Source: Candidatus Dormiibacterota bacterium (GTDB lineage Bacteria; Chloroflexota; Dormibacteria; Aeolococcales; Aeolococcaceae). Taken from it: a stretch of DNA of 64,000 bases. Below are positions 17,830-26,721 of this stretch, piece by piece (position 1 is the first letter of the stretch; each line of letters starts with the position of its first letter). Location of the stretch: NCBI GenBank assembly GCA_963819095.1, contig CAWFUO010000009.1:16699-80698 (forward strand). The letters run 5' to 3'. Made by a program: the position numbers and the translations under genes. Below the pieces are notes generated by a model, which made no database searches, had not been told where the DNA came from, and was given only the letters and a program-made list of their open reading frames with translations.

Positions 17830-19138
17830 TCCGTTGGTGACAACAGGCGCGACCCCCGCGGACACGGGGTTCGATCTGCACGGATGGGCGACGAACCTTT
17901 TCCCCATCTGTCGAAGCCTCACGGGCGATGGTGTTCGAACCACGCTTGAGTACCTCAAGGGGTTGCTGCCTTCGCTGCAGATCCATGAGGTTCCCAGCGG
18001 CACGCGCGCTCTCGACTGGACCGTGCCAGACGAGTGGAACATTCGAGACGCCTACGTCGCCGACCTCGACGGCCGCCGGCTGATTGACTTTGGCGAGTCG
18101 AACCTTCACGTCGTCGGCTACTCCGAGCCCGTGGACAAGGTCATGGATCGTGAGGAGTTGGAGCCGCACCTCCATTCACTCGAGGATCAACCGGATGCGA
18201 TCCCGTACGTGACCTCGTATTACAAGCGGACCTGGGGATTCTGCCTGACCCAGACCCATCGCGAGCGACTTGGGCCAGGCCCTTTTCGGGTCCGTATCGA
18301 CTCCACGCTGGCGGCGGGCTCGCTGACCTATGCCGATGTTGTCATCCCCGGCGACACCGACGACGAAGTGCTGCTTTCCACGTACATGTGCCATCCGTCG
18401 ATGGCCAACAACGAGCTGTCCGGGCCGGTCGTCACCGTTGCGCTCGGACGCTGGCTGGCCTCATTACCGCACCGGCGATACACATACCGGCTGGTGTTCG
18501 CCCCGGAGACCATCGGCGCCATCGTGTATCTCTCACGTCACCTCGATCATCTGCGCGAGCGTGTTCGCGCTGGATGGGTGGTGACGTGCATCGGCGACGA
18601 GCGTGCATATTCCTACGTTCCGTCGCGGCTGGGCGGAACCCTTGCGGATCGGGTCTCGCGCTGCGTGCTCGAGAGCTCGACGCCGGGTTGGATCGAGTAC
18701 ACATTCCTCGACCGTGGGAGCGACGAACGGCAGTGGTGCTCGCCCGGCGCGGATCTACCGGTCTGTTCGGTGATGCGGTCCAAGTACGGCACGTTTCCCG
18801 AATATCACACAAGCCTGGACGGGCTCGACATCGTCACACCGGCGGGTCTTCAAGGGGAACTCGACGTGCTCAAACGCTGCATCGAGCTGATCGAGGTCAA
18901 CCGTCGCTGGCGCGCTGTGCACGTTGGCGAACCCCAGCTTGGGCCTCGCGGTCTCTATCCGACCACAAGCTACAAAGGCAGCGCCCTGGAGACACGGACG
19001 ATGATGAATGTGCTCGCGTACTGTGATGGAGACCACGACGTGATGATGCTCGCGCAGCGCATCGGCGTCGGGACCGACATTGTCGTGGGGCATCTCGAGC
19101 GCCTCGCCGCGGCCGGCGTTATCGAGTCCGCCGACTGA
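17819..19138 (+). CDS. COG4310/DUF4910 aminopeptidase-like (M28-like) protein with C-terminal winged helix
   Basis: LFPICRSLTGDGVRTTLEYLK...DWTVPDEWNIRDAYV...NLHVVGYSEP...IPYVTSYYKRTWGFCL and a C-terminal wHTH-like segment (NVLAYCDGDHDVMMLAQRIG...LERLAAAGVIE). Confidence 0.7.
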   Translation: MPASPLVTTGATPADTGFDLHGWATNLFPICRSLTGDGVRTTLEYLKGLLPSLQIHEVPSGTRALDWTVPDEWNIRDAYVADLDGRRLIDFGESNLHVVGYSEPVDKVMDREELEPHLHSLEDQPDAIPYVTSYYKRTWGFCLTQTHRERLGPGPFRVRIDSTLAAGSLTYADVVIPGDTDDEVLLSTYMCHPSMANNELSGPVVTVALGRWLASLPHRRYTYRLVFAPETIGAIVYLSRHLDHLRERVRAGWVVTCIGDERAYSYVPSRLGGTLADRVSRCVLESSTPGWIEYTFLDRGSDERQWCSPGADLPVCSVMRSKYGTFPEYHTSLDGLDIVTPAGLQGELDVLKRCIELIEVNRRWRAVHVGEPQLGPRGLYPTTSYKGSALETRTMMNVLAYCDGDHDVMMLAQRIGVGTDIVVGHLERLAAAGVIESAD

Positions 19139-19161
19139 CACCCAGACAGTCGCGGCAGGGA

Positions 19162-19665
19162 CTAGGTGCCGACGGAACGCTCCAGCACCACAAAGCCGTT
19201 CTCGGCGTCGTTCGCGCGACGGAATCCCGCCCCCTCGAAGGCGCGCAGTGAACGGGAGTTGTCCGGATGCGCCAGCGCTCTCAGCTGCCGGATCCTGCCG
19301 TCCGCGGCGACCGCAGCCACCATCTCCAGCAGAGCTCTCGGTCCGATCCTTCGGCCGCGATGCTCGGCGCCTATCGCGATCGACACCGTGCCGATGCCGT
19401 CGACAATGTCCACACGAACTTGACCGACGGGCGTTCCGTTCTCCTCGACGATCCAGAGGATCGTCCGTGACTGATCAGCGCGGATCCGCGTAAACCACTG
19501 CTCATGCTCAGCGGCGGTGACAGGCAGGCTGCTGACGCTGAACTGCACTGCCGCGGGATCATTCCGCCATTCCAGCAGCAACGCCAAGTCCCCGTCCCGC
19601 ACCGTCCGCAACGTGATGACCGGCGCCCGCTGCCCGCCGGTCGTCAACGGACCAGATCGTCCCAT
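19162..19665 (-). CDS. pseH: GNAT N-acetyltransferase, PseH-like
   Basis: LRTVRDGDLALLLEWRNDPAAVQFS...AEHEQWF...VGQVRVD...IGAEHRGRRIG...HPDNSRSLRAFEGAGF. It lies immediately downstream of, and overlapping, the synthase gene. Confidence 0.7.
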   Translation of the reverse strand: MGRSGPLTTGGQRAPVITLRTVRDGDLALLLEWRNDPAAVQFSVSSLPVTAAEHEQWFTRIRADQSRTILWIVEENGTPVGQVRVDIVDGIGTVSIAIGAEHRGRRIGPRALLEMVAAVAADGRIRQLRALAHPDNSRSLRAFEGAGFRRANDAENGFVVLERSVGT

Positions 19666-20723
19666 TGGAGAACCTGGTCAGCCACCACATCCTGGAGCAC
19701 GTGCCGCCCCACCACCTGGTCGAGCGCGTCCACCGGGATACCAAAGCCAGGCCGCTTGACCGCCAGGTCCGCGCGGGTGAGCTCGCCTCCGGCGGGGACG
19801 TCCCGGGCCGCAACGATGCTCCGCCTTCCGAGCCGGAACAGGTCGGCCTCTGCATCGGTGACCCGCTTCACACCCGACCCGAGTGCATCCTCCGCTTCGC
19901 GGATCGCGCCGACCATGGCTGCGAGCTCCACCGGTTCCAGCGCAAAGGGATGATCCGGACCCGTCTGGTTGCGACTGAGGGTGAAGTGTTTCTCGACCGC
20001 GCACGCGCCAAGCGTCACCGCCACGACATCGGCCGTGTGCCCTGCGGTGTGGTCGGACCATCCGATCGGAATCTCGAACGCGCTGCGCAACGTGGTGATC
20101 GCCCGGAGGTTGAGATCCGCGAACCGCGGCGGGTAGTTGACCGCGCAGTGCATGACCAGCAGGTCACGCGCACCCGCCGCCGCCGCAGTGTCCAGGGCGC
20201 GCTCGATGTCCCCGAGCGATGCCATGCCGGTCGAGATGAGCACCGGCTTGCCGGTGCGCGCGACCCGCTCGATGAGCGGCAGGTGATTCACCTCGTACGA
20301 CGCAATCTTGTACGCCGGGACCCCGACTTCCTCGAGCACGTCGACCGCCGCCTCCTCGAATGGCGTCGAGAAGAAGGCGATGCCGTTCGCTGCCGCGTGC
20401 CTGGCGAGGTCCGCGTGCCACTCCCACGGAATCTCAACACGCTTGATGAGCTCCCATACCGACTCCTGATCGGAGACAAGCCCCTTCTCCTTCAGGTACT
20501 TGATGTCGGGGGTACGCCGCGAGTAGAGGCCTTCCGCCGTGTACGTCTGAAACTTGACCGCATCCGCTCCCGCCTCCGCGGCGACCTCGATGAGACGCAG
20601 AGCGGTCGTCAGGTCGCGGTTGTGGTTGGCGCCGGCTTCGGCGATGACGTAGCAGGGGTGCCCAGGGCCGACCGGGCGCGCGCCGATCCGGAACTCAGGG
20701 TTGCCGTAGACCCGAGCGCTCAC
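19644..20723 (-). CDS. pseI: pseudaminic acid (N-acetylneuraminate-family) synthase, PseI/NeuB-like
   Basis: PCYVIAEAGANHNRDL..A..LIEVAAEAGADAVKFQTY, a TIM-barrel NeuB core, and a C-terminal SAF domain (RRSIVAARDVPAGGELTRADLAVKRPGFGIP). Start moved to GTG 20723, which has GGAAG 10-14 nt upstream. The ORF-track ATG 20786 overlaps the divergent ATG 20781. Confidence 0.85.
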   Translation of the reverse strand: MSARVYGNPEFRIGARPVGPGHPCYVIAEAGANHNRDLTTALRLIEVAAEAGADAVKFQTYTAEGLYSRRTPDIKYLKEKGLVSDQESVWELIKRVEIPWEWHADLARHAAANGIAFFSTPFEEAAVDVLEEVGVPAYKIASYEVNHLPLIERVARTGKPVLISTGMASLGDIERALDTAAAAGARDLLVMHCAVNYPPRFADLNLRAITTLRSAFEIPIGWSDHTAGHTADVVAVTLGACAVEKHFTLSRNQTGPDHPFALEPVELAAMVGAIREAEDALGSGVKRVTDAEADLFRLGRRSIVAARDVPAGGELTRADLAVKRPGFGIPVDALDQVVGRHVLQDVVADQVLQWDDLVR

Positions 20724-20903
20724 GAGCCGGCATCTTCCGCCGCGGCACACACGGGCGTGCGGATGGCGCAGGGACCTGGCATGCATTCAGATGATAGGTT
20801 GCCTCAGGTGGGTACGACCGGTGGAGACGACGCGGCGGCGCGACCTGGAATCCGGGGCCAGGTGCTCGATTGGGCCTGGCGGCACCCACGATGGAAGCGC
20901 CGC

Positions 20904-22568
20904 ATGCGCGAAGGCTGGGGCGTGAGCCGGGAGACAGCCGCGCTGCTCCGCCTGCCGAGGCCGTTTGATCCTCCCGAATGGAGAGCGCTCCACCGCATCG
21001 CCCTCACGGCTGCGGCGCCCGCTCCCAACGCAGAGCGTGTCCTGTTCATGAGCTGGCGAGGATGGTCGACGCACGTCATCACCGAGACGGTTCTCGCGCA
21101 TGCGGTCCTCCGGCGAGGGGGGGCCCCGATCTTCGCGTACTGCGGAGGTCGCCTGCCCATCTGTGAGGTCATGCCTGTGGACGCGGCGCCACCGATGCCG
21201 TGCCACTCATGCCGCGAGTACGTCGCCGGCGCCATCCGGGCTGCGGGCTTCGAGGGTGTCGCGCTCCACGACGTCCTCGACGTCGACCTCAGCGTGAAGA
21301 TCGCACGGCGCCGTGTGGGGCGGCTCGCGAGTGTCCGCGATTGTGAAACCTACGTCGATCAGGGGTTGCCGCTCGGACGTCTTGTGCGTATCTCCGTTGC
21401 ATGGTTCCTGTCCCGAGGGACCCTCCCCGACACACCCGAGGTGATCGACACGTATCGCTCCTTTCTCATCAGCGGGAGCGTCGTCGCGCGTGGGCTGCGG
21501 AGGATGCTCGAGCGCACCAATCCCGACCGGGTGTTCATGCTCAACGGAACGTTTTTTGCCGAGCAGATCATGATGGCGGTTGCGGGAGAGCGCGGGATTC
21601 CCTTTGGTACGTATGAGAAAGGCTTCATTCACGACAGCATCGTGATGACCACGGGAACCACCGCAGCCCACCTCAAAGTGCCGGCCGGTACTTGGGAGGA
21701 GGTGCGCGACACGCCGCTCACGCAGGACGAGTCGGAGGCGATCGACAGGTATCTCGGTCAGCGCCGTCATGGCGTCGGCGTGCCGAACAACTTCTGGAGC
21801 GTGCGTGTCGAGGATGTCGAACGGATTCATCGAGAGCTCCGCCTCGACGCCGGGCGGCGGCTCGTCGTGATGTTCTGCAACATCATGTGGGACAGCGCGG
21901 TCCTCGAACGTGAGATCGCCTTCGCGGGGATGGGCGAATGGGTGTTACAGGGGATTGCGTGGGCGCGCCGGCACCCGGAGATCGATCTGCTGATCCGGAT
22001 CCATCCCGCCGAGATCAAGTTGCGCAATCACCCGACGCGCGAGCGCATGGTCGATCACATCGCTCGCCACGTCCCGACACTCCCGCCGAATGTCCGGGTG
22101 ATCCAGGCCGACGATCCCACCAGTTCGTACGTCTTCATGGACGAAGCCAGTCTGGCTTTCGTGTATTCGTCGACCGTCGGGCTCGAGCTGGCCGCACGGG
22201 GTGTCCCCGTCCTCGTGGCGGCTGACACGCACTATCGCGGCCGCGGATTCACGTTCGACCCGAACACCGCTGACTCCTACTGGGCCGAGGCAGATCGCCT
22301 CCTCAGCAACCCCCCGTCCGCGAAGGAACGCGACCGGATCCGTGAGCTCGCCCGACGGTATTCGGTGCTCCTGTTCTTCAGGTTTCACAACGTCCTTGCC
22401 GCTGTTACGGAGGACGGCCGGAGCAGTCCACGAATCCGAGCTGATCAAGCAAGCGACCTCGATCCCGGGTTGGATCCCGCGACGGATCGAGTCGTGACGG
22501 GCATTCTCGACGGGACCTCTACTGTCGCTCCGGCCGGGACCCGACCCGCGGGTGCGGTTTCTGCCTGA
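20904..22568 (+). CDS. KpsS/KpsC-family (Capsule_synth-like) ulosonic-acid transferase candidate
   Basis: LLIRIHPAE and FVYSSTVGLELAARGVPVLVAADTHYRGRGFTFD resemble the HP and S..GFEAL..G.pV..fG.p.YaGwGLT.D hallmarks. The first ~370 codons of the 967-aa ORF are antisense to pseI. Start uncertain (20781, 20808, 20862 or 20904); 20904 has GGAAG at -7. Confidence 0.65.
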   Translation: MREGWGVSRETAALLRLPRPFDPPEWRALHRIALTAAAPAPNAERVLFMSWRGWSTHVITETVLAHAVLRRGGAPIFAYCGGRLPICEVMPVDAAPPMPCHSCREYVAGAIRAAGFEGVALHDVLDVDLSVKIARRRVGRLASVRDCETYVDQGLPLGRLVRISVAWFLSRGTLPDTPEVIDTYRSFLISGSVVARGLRRMLERTNPDRVFMLNGTFFAEQIMMAVAGERGIPFGTYEKGFIHDSIVMTTGTTAAHLKVPAGTWEEVRDTPLTQDESEAIDRYLGQRRHGVGVPNNFWSVRVEDVERIHRELRLDAGRRLVVMFCNIMWDSAVLEREIAFAGMGEWVLQGIAWARRHPEIDLLIRIHPAEIKLRNHPTRERMVDHIARHVPTLPPNVRVIQADDPTSSYVFMDEASLAFVYSSTVGLELAARGVPVLVAADTHYRGRGFTFDPNTADSYWAEADRLLSNPPSAKERDRIRELARRYSVLLFFRFHNVLAAVTEDGRSSPRIRADQASDLDPGLDPATDRVVTGILDGTSTVAPAGTRPAGAVSA

Positions 22569-24813
22569 ACAGGCGATACTCCCCCGGATGCTCCGTCGCG
22601 CGCTCGGACCTTCGGGAGTCGTCATCGCCGTGGCGGTAGTCGGGTGGCTCGTCACCGGGGTCGCCCTTCTTGACATCGTCAAGTTCCTCGCGTACGACGC
22701 GGCGTTCGTGGCGGTGCCGGGAACGTTGCTCCTCTGGGCCGTTCGCGGACGACGTTCGCACTTTCTTGTCAGCGTCGCGCTTGGCTGGCCGCTGGGGCAG
22801 ACGCTCGAGATCCTGGCCTTCACTGCTACGGCCGCGCTCGGGCTGAGAGGACTTTTCCTCCTCTACCCAATCGTGGTGATCGTTCCATCGGCCTTTGTGA
22901 TCGCCCGACGGCCGCGTAACGCCGACCAGGATCCGGACGCCGGCGGCATGTCTCGCACACTGATGTGGACGGTGGCGGCAGCGCTGTCCCTGGGGCTCGT
23001 CTACCTCACGATAATGCTGCTCCCACAGGCTCCGTTGCCCACGTCGACGGTGTCGCTCGAGTACCCGGACTTCCCGTACTTCATCGGGCTGATCACGCAG
23101 GTCCGATACCACTGGCCGCCGACAAGCCCCGGCCTCGCCGGGGTCGTGCTGCCCTATGAGTGGTTCGTCTTCTTCCATATGGCGGCCGCGAACCAGGTGA
23201 CGGGAGTGTCGATCCCCGTCATCTCGCTGCGGCTCGACTATGTGCCGACTGTCATCGTTGTCGCCTGTCAATTGCTCGCTGTCGGCCGTCTCGTGAGCCG
23301 CGCAGCGTGGACGGGAGCGATCGCGATCGTGATCGTCTTCCTCCTCGGACCCTTTGACTTCATAGCAGCGGCGAATCAGACGCCGTACCGCGACAATGTC
23401 CTTGTTCACCTGTGGGACAGCTGGACGTTCCCGTTCGGGCTGATGTTCCTCCTCGCCCTGATCTATCTGATCACGGAGCAACTCCGCGCGGCGACGTGGC
23501 GGTCCCCCACCGACATGCGCTCGTGGGCACTGATCGCACTGCTCATGATCGGCGCGTCGGGCGCAAAGGCGACCGTCCTGCCGGACATCATCCTCGGCAC
23601 GGGGATGTACGTCGTGCTCTACGTCCTCTCGCGTCGCGCGGTGCCGGCGGCCGCGGTCGTGACGACCGGTCTCGCAATCGTGCTGTTTGCGGCCACATAC
23701 AAGGTGGTCTACGCCGGCAGCGCACCGGATACGACGCTCACGCTCCTCACCTGGCTCAGTGGTACGCCTCCTGTGGTCGTGGCGAACTCGATCCACCACG
23801 CTCTCTTGCGAGACATCCTCTTGCCGTTCGCATATCTCGTGGCTCTCGCAGCGTTGCTTCTGCCCCTGTGCGGGATGCCCTACCTGCTCCGACGCCGGCA
23901 CCGCCACGAGATACCGTCATACGCGCTGCTGCTCTGCATCCTCGCAGCAGGCATCCTCATCGCCGCCCTCGTGCATCAGATTTCGTACAGCGAGGGGTAT
24001 TTCGAGGAGATGGCGTACAGCGCAGGCGCCATCGTCGCAGCTGCCGGCCTGCGGCTGGCCTGGCTGGATGCCGGTCACGCACTGCCGTTCACGCGCCGTG
24101 GCACTGTCGCGACCTTCGTTGTGTCGCTGGTGGCGTGCCTCGGTCTCGCCAAGCTCACCTCGCGGTGGGCCTTGACGCCGGAGCGCACGATGATCCTGTA
24201 CGTCGTCATTGCGGCCGCGGTTGTGACATTCGTGGTGGTATCGGCAGCAGTGCTGCGGGTTGGCCGCCGGTCGGCGTCAGGCGCAGTCGCCCTGGGCCTC
24301 GTCCCGCTGCTCGCCGCTGCGACACTCAGCCAGCCGCATTTTGTGTATCCAACTGTGCGACGCGTGCTCGCCGGCGAGCCCATCACCCCCGGACCGCCGG
24401 TCCTCGCCGCGGGTCTCGTGACGGCGCTGTCCTGGCTGCGTGACCACACGTCCATCGACACTGTGTTTGCCGTCAACAACCACTGGCTCGACCTCGCCAG
24501 AGAAAACGGAAAGTACTTCTACTACACAGCCTTCTCCGAACGTCAAGTCCTCATCGAGGCGTACGATCCCATCCGGTACGGCATCACGCCCGGGATCGCG
24601 ACTCCCACCGCAGCGACGTTCACGCGCAGGCAAGCATTGAATGATGCTGTTTTCAACCATGCGGACCCCAGCGCGTTACGCATCATGACGCAGCAGTACT
24701 CGGTGCGGTTTCTCTTCGTCGATCAACTCCTCGGCCCGTTTGACCCCGCAGTGCTGCAGCTCGGGCGCGTCGCCTACGCCAACGCCGACGCGATTATCCT
24801 TGCGGTAGGCTAG
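22552..24813 (+). CDS. large polytopic membrane protein, GT-C-like (glycan polymerase or transferase candidate)
   Basis: 753 aa. About 14+ hydrophobic helices followed by a ~170-aa soluble C-terminal domain (AVNNHWLDLARENGKYFYYTAFSERQVLIEAYDP...YSVRFLFVD). Alternative start ATG 22588. Confidence 0.6.
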   Translation: MRFLPEQAILPRMLRRALGPSGVVIAVAVVGWLVTGVALLDIVKFLAYDAAFVAVPGTLLLWAVRGRRSHFLVSVALGWPLGQTLEILAFTATAALGLRGLFLLYPIVVIVPSAFVIARRPRNADQDPDAGGMSRTLMWTVAAALSLGLVYLTIMLLPQAPLPTSTVSLEYPDFPYFIGLITQVRYHWPPTSPGLAGVVLPYEWFVFFHMAAANQVTGVSIPVISLRLDYVPTVIVVACQLLAVGRLVSRAAWTGAIAIVIVFLLGPFDFIAAANQTPYRDNVLVHLWDSWTFPFGLMFLLALIYLITEQLRAATWRSPTDMRSWALIALLMIGASGAKATVLPDIILGTGMYVVLYVLSRRAVPAAAVVTTGLAIVLFAATYKVVYAGSAPDTTLTLLTWLSGTPPVVVANSIHHALLRDILLPFAYLVALAALLLPLCGMPYLLRRRHRHEIPSYALLLCILAAGILIAALVHQISYSEGYFEEMAYSAGAIVAAAGLRLAWLDAGHALPFTRRGTVATFVVSLVACLGLAKLTSRWALTPERTMILYVVIAAAVVTFVVVSAAVLRVGRRSASGAVALGLVPLLAAATLSQPHFVYPTVRRVLAGEPITPGPPVLAAGLVTALSWLRDHTSIDTVFAVNNHWLDLARENGKYFYYTAFSERQVLIEAYDPIRYGITPGIATPTAATFTRRQALNDAVFNHADPSALRIMTQQYSVRFLFVDQLLGPFDPAVLQLGRVAYANADAIILAVG

Positions 24814-24817
24814 CTTC

Positions 24818-25714
24818 ATGGAGAGACGCGTCAAACGCGCAGCCGGCCGCACATTGCGTCATGTCCTGCACACCACATACGACATGTTCGATCGCGGTCA
24901 AGGCGCGCTTCCGGCACTTGTTCCGCCGCGCCAGATCAACCCCAACATCGGGTTCACACCGCGTCGCGGGGCGTATGCACGCGAATTCGTCACCTCGGGG
25001 GACCGCGTTGCGAGCATGCTCAAATCGTATGCGGATCTGCAGCCGTCGGCACACGTGCTCGACATCGGGTCAGGAATCGGACGCATCGCGCGGGCTTTGA
25101 CGACGTTTCTCTCAGCGGATGGCACGTACCGAGGGTTCGACGTTGACCCTCGTGCGATCGGCTGGTGCCGGCGCGCATACCGCCCCTTCACAAACTTCTC
25201 GTTCGCATACGCCCCCGTGGGATATGTCAATGTCAAGGGAGTGGCTCCGATTCGCGGCGAGGACTTCGTGTTCCCGTACGCGGACGCATGCTTCGATCTC
25301 GCGTTCTCGATGTCGGTGTATACGCACCTAGGCCGAGCCATCGTCAGCCACTACCTCGCTGAAACGTCGCGTGTCCTCCGTCCTGGCGGCGTGTGTGTCA
25401 ACACCTTCTTTGTGATGGATGACTACGCGGTTGACGCAATGGCGGCCGGGCGCGCGGATCGCCGGTACGTGAGCCAGGAAGCCGGTATCTACCTCGAAGA
25501 CCCGAGCAACCCCAACTTTGGGATTGGCTTCACCCCCGACGTTATCAGCACGCTTCACGAGAGTAATGATCTCGCCATCGTTCCGCCGATCAGATTCGGT
25601 GACTGGAGCGGCCGCGAGGTGAAGGCCTTCGTTTATCAGGATGTCGTCGTGGCGCGCAAGGGAGCCGTGATCGCGGCGCCCGACAAGCCGGTGGAGGATC
25701 GCAGAGAGCCGTGA
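24818..25714 (+). CDS. class I SAM-dependent methyltransferase
   Basis: Motif I VLDIGSGIGRIARAL, post-I GFDVD, motif II/III (CFDLAFSMSVYTHL, LRPGGVCV). Confidence 0.8.
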   Translation: MERRVKRAAGRTLRHVLHTTYDMFDRGQGALPALVPPRQINPNIGFTPRRGAYAREFVTSGDRVASMLKSYADLQPSAHVLDIGSGIGRIARALTTFLSADGTYRGFDVDPRAIGWCRRAYRPFTNFSFAYAPVGYVNVKGVAPIRGEDFVFPYADACFDLAFSMSVYTHLGRAIVSHYLAETSRVLRPGGVCVNTFFVMDDYAVDAMAAGRADRRYVSQEAGIYLEDPSNPNFGIGFTPDVISTLHESNDLAIVPPIRFGDWSGREVKAFVYQDVVVARKGAVIAAPDKPVEDRREP

Positions 25715-26721
25715 CCCACGGCGTCCTCACGCCCCCTGACCAGTCTTCCGTCGTCGTCGATGGGATATCCGCGATTGTCCCGGTGTACAGGTCCGAGACG
25801 ATCCTCCCACTCCTCATTCCGCGCCTTACCAAGGCTCTCGAAGGTCTCGCCGCCAATCACGAGATCATCCTCATCGACGACGGGAGCACCGACGGGAGTT
25901 GGGCCGTCATCGCGGAGGCGGCGCGCCACGATGATCGGATCCACGGCATCCGGCTCATGCGTAATTTCGGCCAGCACAACGCACTCCTCGTGGGAATCCG
26001 GAAGGCTCGCTATTCGTACGTCGTCACGCTCGACGACGATCTGCAGAACCCGCCGGAGGAGATCACTCACCTCCTGGCGCGCCTCACCCCGGACGTCGAC
26101 GTCGTCTATGGAACACCTCTGTCGGAGCAGCACGGCCTCTGGCGATCAGCCGCGTCGAGGGTTACCAAGTACGCCCTCGAGGAGGCTATGGGCGCCAAGG
26201 CCGCACGGAGCGTCAGCGCGTTTCGCGTCTTCCGCACGGACCTGCGCGGCGCGTTCGAACGTTACCAAAGCCCAGACATCTCAATTGATGTGCTCCTTAC
26301 CTGGGCTACGACGCGTTTCGCCGCCGTTGACGTCCGTCAGGAACCGCGGGCGACCGGTGAATCAGGCTACACCTTTGGGAGGCTCATCCATCACGCGCTC
26401 AACATGATGACCGGCTTCACCACGCGACCGTTGCGTATCGCAAGCCTCGTGGGATTCCTCTTCACGATCTTCGGTGCCGGCATCTTCATCTTCGTGGTGG
26501 TGCGAAGCCTCGCGGAGGGGGACGCCGTTCCGGGATTCCCCTTTCTCGCGTCCATCATCGCGGTGTTTTCCGGCGTGCAACTTCTGATCCTGGGCATCAT
26601 GGGTGAGTATGTTGCGCGCATGCATCTTCGCCTCCTGGAACGGCCTCCCTATGTGATCGCGGAGACAACGCCAGATGACCCTCAGCCACCTGGACCGCGA
26701 CGGGAGCCCAGTCAAACCTAG
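25711..26721 (+). CDS. ArnC-like GT2 polyprenyl-phosphate sugar transferase
   Basis: Colinear with the ArnC pattern: SAIVPVY, EIILIDDGSTDGS, RNFGQHNAL, LDDDLQNPPEEI, GESGYTFGRLI, two C-terminal TM helices, LGIMGEYVARMH...RPPY. GTGA overlap with the methyltransferase. Confidence 0.85.
   Translation: MTHGVLTPPDQSSVVVDGISAIVPVYRSETILPLLIPRLTKALEGLAANHEIILIDDGSTDGSWAVIAEAARHDDRIHGIRLMRNFGQHNALLVGIRKARYSYVVTLDDDLQNPPEEITHLLARLTPDVDVVYGTPLSEQHGLWRSAASRVTKYALEEAMGAKAARSVSAFRVFRTDLRGAFERYQSPDISIDVLLTWATTRFAAVDVRQEPRATGESGYTFGRLIHHALNMMTGFTTRPLRIASLVGFLFTIFGAGIFIFVVVRSLAEGDAVPGFPFLASIIAVFSGVQLLILGIMGEYVARMHLRLLERPPYVIAETTPDDPQPPGPRREPSQT

Noticed and set aside
19665-20780. The first ~370 codons of the 967-aa ORF 19665..22568.
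   Set aside because: This part is antisense to pseI and reads as Arg/Asp-rich junk. Only the part after about 20781-20904 has KpsS-like features.
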